From Seison nebaliae (taxonomy: Eukaryota), in the NCBI GenBank assembly GCA_023231475.1, contig JALJEE010002436.1, forward strand, positions 248,001-312,000: 64,000 bases of DNA. The letters run 5' to 3'. The position numbers and the translations under genes were made by a program. A model generated the notes under the pieces. That model was not told where the DNA came from, did no database searches, and saw only the letters and a program-made list of their open reading frames with translations. Below, one piece after another: positions 25,046-35,900 of the stretch (position 1 is the stretch's first letter; every line of letters starts with the position of its first letter).

Positions 25046-25821
25046 TTAAGCGAATCCGAGATTCAATCGATCGCCTGGCAAATCTCCCACCATGAACTTC
25101 TTCAAAAATTCACTGAATAAATTATAATCCATCTTCACTTTGCCATTCTCAGTAATAGCGTCATATGCGTTTGCAGCTAATAATAATAATAATAATTTAA
25201 ATGAATTATTATTCTAATAAAGAAAAAACCTCCATCTTCACTAATGTTCCAGCAGGCTAACATATCGCAGAATTCTTCTTTGAGAATATCTCGTTCATCT
25301 GAAAAAGAAATAATTGAGATAAAATGGGAAAATATAATTAACCTAAAAATTCATGAGCACGGAAGAGAGCTTTGTGGAGACCTTCATACCAATCAGGGAA
25401 AGAATTTTTATCTTTCAATTGTTGAATAACATCATTAATGACATCCAACCATTCATCTAATTTAAATAATTAATTAATTAATTAATTTAAAAATAATTAA
25501 CCGAAATCGATATTTCCATCATTGTTGGCGTCACCGACTGCACATAAATCCCAGAAATATCTTTGGTAATGTTGTTCGAGTCGTTTTCGGACGATCTTCA
25601 AACGCGAATTCTTATCGGCGTCATCTTTCGGTACGACATTCTCGATGGCCGTCTCCATATCTTTCCAAGTGATGAGTCCATCTTTGTCATGGTCTGTGGT
25701 ATGAAGAATTTATTATGAATTTGATGGGAGATGAGAAAGGATGAGAACCTAAAGAAGCGGCATAGAATCCTTTCAATTTTTTCAGAAGGTTATTTTTCGC
25801 ATCGATGTTGTCTCGTCCCAT
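25046..25821 (-). CDS. Calexcitin / sarcoplasmic calcium-binding protein-like EF-hand protein, 5 exons
   Basis: Absent from the ORF track. Spliced translation MGRDNIDAK...LDHDKDGLITWKD...GDANNDGNIDFDEWLD...FPDWYEGLHKALFRAHEFLDERDILKEEF...AYDAITENGKVKMDYNLFSEFLKKF...NLGFA-stop, with two canonical and two degenerate EF-hands. Confidence 0.88.
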
Positions 25822-26480
25822 TGCGTGATAGTGAATTAGAGTTTATTCTTCTAATGGTAAAAAATGAGAAATTGAGAAAAAATAAAACGTAGGAGAAATG
25901 GTAAATGTAAAATGAAGAAAAGTTGAAGGGAGAATGTCTGAAGAAATAGACGTCGGTTTCTCTTCAATTGAATCGGAGCAGAATAAACAGTTCGTTCCAC
26001 TCTCTGCCACAACCGTAATTAGATGATTCATGGAATTAAATGGGAGAGAGAAGAATCGACAACTGAGCGCAAATTAATCTCCGGATTGATGGGAGAGACT
26101 ACGTTATCGACTTTGTTTGCATTATTTGGTAGAGCATCTCTCTTAACTCTCCATTCCACAGCAACGGAACGATGTAGTTGCGTTCTAATTATCTCGTTCG
26201 ATATGTTCCATTACCGTTTGTAGATGAGTTAGAAAGGAAATTTATTTAAATGAAAAAAAAAAAATAGAGGGAGAAATGAGAAATAGTAAAATGTTCATCT
26301 TCCTCATGTTCGTAGAAAATAATCCGATTTTCCCATTCTGAGATATGGAGGAGTAAAACGGAGGAAAAAATTAATAATAATTTTTTTTTTTTGGTTCTTC
26401 TCATTAACTGGCGAGTGAACTGGTTTGGGATCGATGAATGAACAATTCTCAACAACAACATAAATAGAAGCACATCTTTC

Positions 26481-26668
26481 TTATCTGTATGTGCTGAAAG
26501 CGCTAGAAGGAGGGAATGCCAATTGTGATTCATTTCCAGATAAATTGAGGAGAGAAATATAAAGAGAAAATGATGAAAAGAAAACGAATAAATAAGAGAA
26601 CTAACGAGGGTTGCTTATTATTTGTTGTTTCTCTCGATGAAGTTCGATTCTCAAAAATCGAATGTTGG

Positions 26669-26699
<31 letters not shown>

Positions 26700-29600
26700 G
26701 CGATCCAAATAATTGTGAGGAGGAAAATATCGATTGTCCGGAATCTGTTGAATAAATAAATAGAAAAAGAAAATAATTGGACGATTCAAAATAGAATCGA
26801 TAAATATTTTTTTTTAAAAATAACTTTCTTTCAATTGAGTATCGGGTTGATTAGATTGTCCAAAAATCGAATGATTTGCAGCGTCTGATGCCAATTTACC
26901 AAAACCACCGTATGATTGGTTAGTTGAACTACTTCCAAAGATTGTGGAATTTCCAGTGGAATTTTGATTCATTGACGAGAGTTTATTATTGAAACCAGAA
27001 TTATTATTATTTCCAAAAATTGAAGTTGAAGCAAATGGTTTATTTCCTTCATTTGATCCTTTATTAAAGATTGAATTGCCACTCTGATCTGCTTGTCCAA
27101 ATAATCCGGTCGCTTTACCAAAAGGATCATTTGTCGGTGGTCGTTGAGTGGATGATGAACCGAAAACGGAATTTGAACCAAATATCGATGTTCCAGATGA
27201 TGATGATGATGTTGGTTGTGAACCGAAAATACCTCCAGTTCCAGTTCCGGATTGTTTATTAAAGATGGATTGATTAGAAGACGATTGAGAAGTTCCTCCA
27301 AAAATTGATGGTTTACTTGTTGTTGATGATTGTGAAACAAATAATGACGGTGTGGCAGATGACGTTGGTTGTCCTCCAAAAATTGATGAAGTAGTTGTGG
27401 AATATCCAAATAGCGATGGTGTATTTGATGATGTAGTTTTATTTCCAAATAATGATGTTGTACCAGTTGATATCGGTTTCCCACCAAATATATTCGTTGA
27501 TGTGATTGTTGATGATGATGATTGACTTCCAAATAATGATGGAGTTGTTGATGTTATTGTTGTTGTTGTTTGACTTCCAAATAATGATGGAGTTGTTGAT
27601 GTCGTTGTCGTTGTTGTTGTTATTTGACTTCCAAATAATGATGGAGTTGTTGATGTCGTTGTTGTTGTTGTTTGATTTCCAAATAATGATGGAGCTGTTG
27701 ATGTCGTTGTTGTTGTTGTTTGACTTCCAAATAATGATGGAGTTGTTGATGAAACAGATAAAGACGCAAATAATGATGTTGTATCAGATGACACTGCTTG
27801 TGTCGTAAATAAGGATGGAGAGGCAGATGACACAGATTGAGACGCAAAAAGTGAAGTTGGAACAGTTGATATTGGTTTGGTACCGAATAATGATGAGACA
27901 GTTGAGGAGACAGTTTGTGTCCCAAATAGTGATGGTGTAGTGGTAGATGATGTTGTAGTAGTGGATGGTACAGATACGATTGCACTTGATGATGATGTAG
28001 TAGATAATGAACATTTTGATTCAAATAGTGATGACACAGGTTTTGATCCAAATAATGATGGTGTAGCTGCAGATGATACTGGTGCAATTGGGGATGGTAC
28101 AGATTTTGTTCCAAATGATGATGGTATATTAGTGGATGATACAAATTTTGATCCAAACAACGAAGAAGGTTGCGAACTGAAAATTGATGATGTGGTTGAA
28201 GCTGCTGATTGTGATATGTTTGTTGACGAATTAGAACTATTGAGAGTCGTTAGAGTTGATGAACTAAATAATGCGGTAGTGGGTTTGGATTGGGAAGTGG
28301 ATGAAGAAACAATTTTTGTGGATATCGTACTAAAAATGGACGAAGTTGGCGTTTTCGTTGTTGACGAATTAAATGCGGTTGATATTGTCGATGGTATTTG
28401 TTGTGAAGTCATTATTACTTTATTGTTTTCCGTTGATGATTTTAGATCAATTCCTGATGTTGTTGTTAGTGTTGTTTGAGTATTGAAAATTGAAGAAACA
28501 TTAGACGAAGATTGAGAACTGAAGATTGATTTAGTAGTGGATATCGGTTGACACGAAGAAATTTGTTCAGAATTAGGAATAGTAGTCGATTCTGAATTAG
28601 AAAATGCTGATATAGCGGAGAGCATCGATGGTTTGCTTTTCATATTAAGAAAAATATTTGCATCAAACAATTTTGGTGCAGTATTTGAATTTTCGTTCGT
28701 TTGTCTAACACTAGTAATTACAGTTGATTGTTTGGAGAAAATTGGAATTGTTGGAGTTGTCGAAGCCAATTTATTCATTTCCAATTTATTCGTATTAGAA
28801 AACATATTGAATAAACCCTTACCATTCTCGCCTTTCTCAATATTCCCCATCAAACATGATTTATTGATATTCATCGAAGAATTTCCTTCATTTTCGTTTA
28901 ACTCATCAATATCTCTTATTTCTGAAACTTTCTCCTTTTTAGGACATTCCAATTTTTTGCACACCAAATTCTTTGAAATCGGAACTAGGAACGTTGATGA
29001 ACATTGTTCCGAAATGATATTGTTCGTTTTCTTTGTTCTATTTCTCTCATGATTCTCTCCTCCTAATGATGAATTTCTGTTATCAGATTTAGTATCAAAT
29101 TGATTTTCTTTCGCCGTTTTTTCAAATGAAATATTTGATATTTCTTCATTTGCTTCTTCGATTTGTTTCCGAATTGGATATTTATTATGAAATTGAACAA
29201 TCGGTTCAGGTGTCGATTGTTTACTATTCTCTGATAATTTAGTGACTATTTTATTCTTGACAAATGATCCAATTGGCGATAAGTGATTGAGAGATTCTTT
29301 GAAATTTGTTAAATTGTTTTTCCTTCCATCATTCGATGGAACGGTTTTTGAACCGTTTCTCTCTTCTTTCACTTCTTCTTTATTCGGAGTTGAAATCACA
29401 GTATTAGATTCTAGAATATTTTTCCGTTCTTTCAAAGTTGGATCGAATTTCATAAGAGATTCGATGACGGAAAACAAACCATCATTACCAGAGAGAGAAT
29501 TGCTAAATTTGTACATTTTATTTGAATTTAATTTCACTTTCATATCTTCAGAAATTATTTCTTTCATCGAACAATCGAGCACATCAGTTTTCAGTTTATG

Positions 29601-30077
29601 ATGAAACGTTCTATTGATAATCAATTTCATCCGATCGTTCATTTCTTTGTCATTTGTTCTGATTCGTTTCTTTTCATTTTTCCCTCCAATTGTATCATCA
29701 ATATTAATCGATTTCATTCTCTCCAATAAATTATCATTAAATTTTTTCGATTTTTGTTCCGTAAATGTCAACAAATCATTTAATCTGAATAATGTCTCAA
29801 ATTCATCGATTTCCCATTCACTGATCGAATTGTCTTTCGTATTGATTTTCTTCAATAATTCCCCGAATTTCTTATGGACATGATACGCCACTTTCAACGA
29901 ATCTTCACATTCATCTTCCATTCCTTTAATGTCTTTTCTTCGATTTTTTATTAATTTTGGAATGATGTCTGTGGGATTTCTATCCAACCTGTCTAAACGA
30001 CCTTCCAACTTCACTAATTGCTCCGTCAACTTCTCTAAATGTTTCCCATATTCTTTCGCTCTTTCAAAAGTAGCCAT
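26481..30077 (-). CDS. FG-repeat nucleoporin, Nup214-like (coiled coil + S/T-rich SLFG/SIFG repeats), 3 exons
   Basis: N-terminal coiled coil, many PSLFG/SIFG repeats, GGFGKLA. Two further small exons give SQLFGSQQQ...PSAFSTYR-stop (TAA 26481), resembling the F-x-x-[WY]-R end typical of Nup214 orthologues. The family assignment is an inference. Confidence 0.75.
27520..27750 (-). repeat. Coding minisatellite (about 45-51 bp unit) encoding TPSLFGSQTTTTT..ST
   Basis: About five copies of ttgacttccaaataatgatggagttgttgatgtc + (gtt)n on the + strand. Confidence 0.85.
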
Positions 30078-30756
30078 TATTGACAGAAAAATGTGTTGAA
30101 ACTTTGAGCGAGAATTATTTCAAAAGCCAACTATTAGAATGAAAGAATAATATATATAAATAAAATTAACTAATTTAATTTTCTTAATATTTCAAATTAA
30201 TCCTTTATACATCTATAATAAGAATATTTCACATTATTTTCTATTCGTTTAATTATTTGAAACTTTATAATTACTTATAACATTCATTCATTTATCATCA
30301 AAATATTAGGGAAATATAACTTATGTAATTTTTAAAAATTATACAACATTAACTTGCATGAATTCTACAGATTTAATTCATTCGTTTATGGAAATCTTTT
30401 AATCATCTTTATTATCATATAGAACGGTTGTTTTTTAGAAAAATATACGATTTATGTTCCTTTACGACGAAATGAAAATGTAAAATAAAAATTCAGTTAA
30501 ATTTCTTTTAATAATTTTAACGACTGACAACAAGACTGTTAATATTAGACATGAAGTGTTACATGCTAGACATGGAAATAATTATTGATTGATCAGTTCA
30601 TGTAATCTTCGTGGAATAAACTATCATTGTTGACTGAAATTATGAGGATAAAATGTGCATTTATTTATCTTTCGTACAGTGCAATAGATAATATTCATTG
30701 GAGAAATTTGAAGCTTAACAAATATTGGCGTGCATGATAAATGAGGATTCAATTTG

Positions 30757-32550
30757 ATGATGAATGGAATATTGAAATATAAATCGGAAGATTTCATCGT
30801 AACTGAGATAGATGAAGATGGAAACTTGATAAAATTCAATGATCTATTTTCAATCAATGAAATTAATACACTCTTCCAAACCATTCAGGAAGAGGTAGAT
30901 AAAGTTATTTTATCGGACGATAGGCCTAAAACTCTCACAGATGCCTTTTTGGGAGAGTGTACGGCATTGTTGGAGATGAATGAACGAAAGAGAAAGATAA
31001 ATGGAGTGGAAAAGACGGTGGAATTTGAACAGTCTAATTTGTCGAAAGAAGAACGAGGGAATATTCATAAATATATTCGATTTAGATTCCATGGTCAACT
31101 CTCTTCTTCATATTCCGAGAATAAATTCGTCATTAAGAAATTCTCACGGAAGAATGATGATCGATCGACTGGCTCATATTTCCTCCATTTCGCTCTCAAG
31201 AAAGATAATTATGATTCGATGAAAGCGATCGATATTCTCTCATATCGATTAGGTTTGAGAAATGCGTCGTCGTTCGCTTATTGTGGAACAAAAGATAGAC
31301 GTGGAATAACTGTTCAGAAATGTTCATTACATTTCTCAAAAATTTCAAATATGAGAGATCGTTTAATAAAGTTTATGGGACAAATGACGGAGAAATCTCA
31401 ATTGAAAATCGGTAATTTTTCCATCGAGAAATATCCGTTGAAATTGGGCAACTTGGCCGGAAATCGATTTTCAATTCTTCTCAGAAATGTCAAATTAAAT
31501 GATGAAAATTTAAAAAAATTTTCTGAAAGAATTGAAGAATTGGAAAAATTTAAATATTTCATCAATTTTTTCGGTGATCAACGTTTTGGTGTTTTTGCTG
31601 ACGAATTATCAACTTGGAAAATCGGTTTGTACGTTCTCCAACGGGAATGGAAGAAAGCCGTTCATGCTATCGTTCTCACTTATTTGTGTTTAGTGAAAAT
31701 TGCTGATTTCTCTTCCGTCAAAAATTTGCCGTTAAGTAAAGAAGAAGCGGAAAGATTATTAGTCAATTATCAGACGAGAATGCCAAATAAGATGAATATA
31801 AATGAAATTCAAATTCTACGTCAAATTGTAAATGGAAATAAAAATTATCCAGAATTATTCCGAATTCTCCCAAGAAATCGACGTTTATTTTATATTCATT
31901 CATATCAAAGTTATTTGTGGAATTGGATCGTCCAAGAGAGATTAACGAAATATCCAAATAAATTAATCGTTGGCGATTATATAATGAAAAGAACAAATAA
32001 TAATCGAACGAATAGAGAAATGTTTGAGAATATTATACAAATAAAAGAAGAAAATATTGAGAAATATTCAATAACTGAATTAGTTTATCCGTTACCTGGA
32101 TTTCGAGTAACATATCCAAAGAATGAATTTGGAGATCAATTAGAAGAACGTTTGAAAAAAGATGAGATTGTTGGAAGTGCTAATGTATCTGACGAATTAA
32201 TAAATAATCTTCTTAATTTTATCGGAGATTATCGATATTGTTTTAGTGAAGTTGAAGATTTCTCATTTGAATTTCTCGAATTGATTAACAACGAATATGA
32301 ACATGATCGTTCAAGTCATTATAAGGAAATGAAAAGAACTGAAGAGAAATATAAAGCTTTCTTATCGACTAACGCCGATTTTGATTTTAATAAATTTCAT
32401 CATCTCCATCTGGAATTCCAATTGACCAAATCGACATATGCCACGATCTTCTTATCTCAATTGCTCGGGGAAAAATTGAATTTCAATCGAGATGTTCAGA
32501 TTCGATTAACTAACGACTATGATCCATGTTCGAACTTCTCCAACGACTAA
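30757..32550 (+). CDS. PUS7: Pseudouridine synthase PUS7 (TruD family), intronless
   Basis: GILKYKSEDFIVTEID, catalytic CGTKDRRGITVQ, LGNLAGNRFSILLR, FINFFGDQRFG, YIHSYQSYLWN, PLPGF, GDYR, KSTYATIFL. Confidence 0.92.
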   Translation: MMNGILKYKSEDFIVTEIDEDGNLIKFNDLFSINEINTLFQTIQEEVDKVILSDDRPKTLTDAFLGECTALLEMNERKRKINGVEKTVEFEQSNLSKEERGNIHKYIRFRFHGQLSSSYSENKFVIKKFSRKNDDRSTGSYFLHFALKKDNYDSMKAIDILSYRLGLRNASSFAYCGTKDRRGITVQKCSLHFSKISNMRDRLIKFMGQMTEKSQLKIGNFSIEKYPLKLGNLAGNRFSILLRNVKLNDENLKKFSERIEELEKFKYFINFFGDQRFGVFADELSTWKIGLYVLQREWKKAVHAIVLTYLCLVKIADFSSVKNLPLSKEEAERLLVNYQTRMPNKMNINEIQILRQIVNGNKNYPELFRILPRNRRLFYIHSYQSYLWNWIVQERLTKYPNKLIVGDYIMKRTNNNRTNREMFENIIQIKEENIEKYSITELVYPLPGFRVTYPKNEFGDQLEERLKKDEIVGSANVSDELINNLLNFIGDYRYCFSEVEDFSFEFLELINNEYEHDRSSHYKEMKRTEEKYKAFLSTNADFDFNKFHHLHLEFQLTKSTYATIFLSQLLGEKLNFNRDVQIRLTNDYDPCSNFSND

Positions 32551-32927
32551 CGATTATAATTAAATAATTTTTGATACGAATGTTGTTTTCAACATCAATT
32601 TCAATCACTATATCTTTTGTGATGATTATTTTCTTTCAAAATTCATTCATTTATTTTCCTCTTTTATTCTGGAGAGTTTCTTATCATTTCCCATTATTAT
32701 TCTCCTTTTTTTCTCATGAAATTTCTTTCGAATGTTGTATTAAATTATCTGAAAAGATTATGTAAATTTTATATTTACTCAATTACACGTCGCTTAATTG
32801 ACTGAAGAATTTAAAATGATAAAAATTATGATCATGAAAATTGTTTGGTCGACAATGAGAAAAAGACCAAATTGACTTTCTAATATAATAATAATAAGTG
32901 GAATTTGCTAAGGAAATTATGAAAAAA

Positions 32928-35900
32928 ATGTTTCATAAAGAAATTTTCTTTCTTTTCTCCTTCTTATTAACTCTCATTCATTCCTACACCGATGACGAAG
33001 CACATCGAATTGATTGTGTACCAGAAGCTTTGGCTTTAGGAGACTCATCTCAAACGAGAAAATATTGTACTGAACGAGGTTGCAAATGGAAACCTAGTGA
33101 TGATCATCGAGTTCCCTGGTGTTATTATGGTGAAGATGAAACTGACGTTCAGGACCAATATGTCCTTAATAATAAGCAGGATGATGAAGTTGATTATGTT
33201 TTAAGTAATACCATGCATAAATGGCCAAGACCAGTAGAAAAGGTCAATGTAAAATTCACTTACTACAAAGACATTTTAAGAGCGAAAGTTTTTCTTTCAA
33301 AATCAACTTAAGATTTAATTGATGAAAATTTCAGTTTACAGATAAAAAACAAGAAAGATATGAAGTTCCTATCGAACTTTTCCCTCATGAACAACCATCA
33401 ACTAACGGACAGTCGTACACGGTTGAAACGAGCAAAACTGGTGGAAACCATTTCTTGCTAAAAGTTGCCCGTTCAACATCTGGTGATGTCATGTTTGAAT
33501 TTAAAAATATTTAAAAAATTGTTAAATTTTTTTTAAGTTTCGACTCTTCATCTTCCGGTTTGATTTATACGGATCAATTTATTCAATTCGGTACGAAATT
33601 ACCAAAAAATGGATTCGTTTATGGTTTAGGAGAAAATAATCATGAGCAAGTTATTTAAATATATAGAATTAGGGCAGTGTAAATTAAATGTATATTAATA
33701 GTTGGTGAGGGATATCAACTTCAGAAAATGGGGAGTTTTCGGTTTAGATCAGGGACCTGGTTGGGAAGCCAATCGGAATTTGTACGGTGCTCATCCGTTT
33801 TTTATGGTAATTGAAGAAACAGGAAATGCTTATGGTGTTTTCATTCTCAATTCAAATGCTTTCGGTTTCCTTCTCTTTTAAATTTGTTTGATGATGAAAA
33901 TTATTTTTTGAATAGATTATGAATTGGTACCGGCACCAGCGTTAACCTTCAGATTTGTTGGGGGAATTATTGATCTTTTCATTTTTACCGGACCGAAACC
34001 GGAAGATGTGATAAAACAATATCAACAAGTAATTGGACGACCGACATTAATTCCATATTGGTCTTTAGGTTTCCAATTATGTCGTTGGGGATATAATACT
34101 TTGGAGAATATGGAGAGAATTGTTAACGAGACTTTAGACAGTGGAATTCCTTATGATGTCCAATATGTCGATATTGATCATATGGACACAAGAAAAGATT
34201 TCACCATTGATCCAATCAATTGGAGAGGTCTCAATGATTTCGTCAAACGAATCCATAATCTGGGAATGCGATTTATTAGTATTCTTGTTAGGTATTTTAA
34301 CTTGAATTTTTTTAAAAATAATTTAAGTTAAATAATTTAAATTTATAAAGGATCCAGCATTAGTTGCTGAAGAACCGAATTATTTGCCATTCCAACGAGG
34401 TTTAGCCAAAGATGTTTATATGAAATGGCCGAAAGGTACAACTCCGAATGGAATTCCGATTGAAGAACAAACTGGAATTATGCTAGGAGCTGTTTAATTA
34501 ATTTCCATTCAATTTCATCAAACTCTATCAATTGATGATTTATTCAATAGGTTTGGCCAGAAAAACGAGTTGCTTTCCCCAATTTCTTCAAAAATGAAAC
34601 GAAAGAATGGTGGATAGATGAATTGCAGAGATGGCATCGAGAATTGGAATGGGACGGCGTTTGGATAGATATGAATGAACCGGCTAATTTCGGTACAAAT
34701 GAACAAAAACCATGGAATTGGCCTGACAACAAAGCTGATTGGTCACTGAAATGTTTCAAGAACGATTTAGATGATCCACCATATGTTCCAAGTTCTTCCA
34801 TATTTCCCTCCTAATTTTCCATATCCATTCATTCTAGTGGCTGCACATGCTTTCCGAAATCGATTATCATATAAAACACTTTGTATGAATGGTCAATTAC
34901 CAGCATCGAATGGTAAAGTTTATACACATTATGATATTCATAATATTTACGGATGGTCCGAATCAATTCCAACAATAATGTTCTTTTTTTAAAAATATTT
35001 TTCAATTATTAATCTCTTTATTATTCAATTATTATTCTTTCCGTTTCACTTCAATCATCATTCTCATATTAAATAATTTCTAGTGGTGCACAACAAGCGA
35101 CTAAAACAAGAAGTATTGTTATTACCAGATCTAATTTCCCAAGTACTGGTCGTTATGCAGGTCATTGGTCTGGCGATAATACAGCTTCATGGAAAATGTT
35201 AAGAGAATCAATTATCAGTTCAAATTATTAATTGAAAATTAAAGAAAATAATTTTCATGATTAATTTCTATAGGTATGATCGAAATGAATTTATTTGGAA
35301 TTCCTTATGTTTTTCTTCTTCTAATCAACATAATTGTAATGTATAACGAATATTTTTAGACGGGATCTGATATTTGTGGATTCGTTGGAACATCTGATGA
35401 AGAGTTGTGTCTTCGTTGGCATCAAGTAGGTGCTTTCTATCCGATGTCACGTAATCATAACGGAAAAGATGTGGAAGATCAACATCCAACTGCTTATAGT
35501 CAAAATTTAGTTTCAGCCACTAAAGAAGCATTAAATAAACGATATAAAATGCTCCCTTATTATTACACATTATTCCATCAAGCAAATAAATATGGTGGAA
35601 CGGTTATTCGATCTTTAGCACACGAGTTCAATCCCTTTTACATTTATCGAATATCTAAACAACCTTTTTTGTTCTAGATTTCCACAAGAAATAACTGTAA
35701 GAGAAACATTCGATCAATTTATGATCGGATCAGCAATTATGATATCACCATCACTTTATCCAGGTCAAACGGAAGTTGCAGCCAAATTTCCCGGCACAGA
35801 AAAATGGTATAATTTTGAAACGGTAATTTAATCTTTCTGATGTCTTTCTAATTTAAATTCAAATTAATTTCAAGGGACAATCGTATGCAACGGGAACACA

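Noticed and set aside
27520..27750. Regularly spaced short repeats that could suggest a CRISPR array
   Set aside because: Eukaryotic context, spacers are low-complexity (gtt)n rather than unique, the repeats are in-frame FG-nucleoporin codons, and there are no cas genes.
26570..28479. Overlapping ORFs with poly-C, poly-H/Q, poly-L or V/D-rich translations (e.g. 26570-26755, 27506-27808, 27620-28156, 27877-28479)
   Set aside because: Alternative-frame or antisense shadows of the S/T/Q-rich repeats of the nucleoporin gene.
30700..30750. Possible reassignment of TGA to Trp in the nuclear code
   Set aside because: TGA terminates well-supported genes here (PPP1R11, RMND5, TAF6, CWC22), and conserved Trp positions use TGG in ORFs over 2000 codons long without internal TGA.
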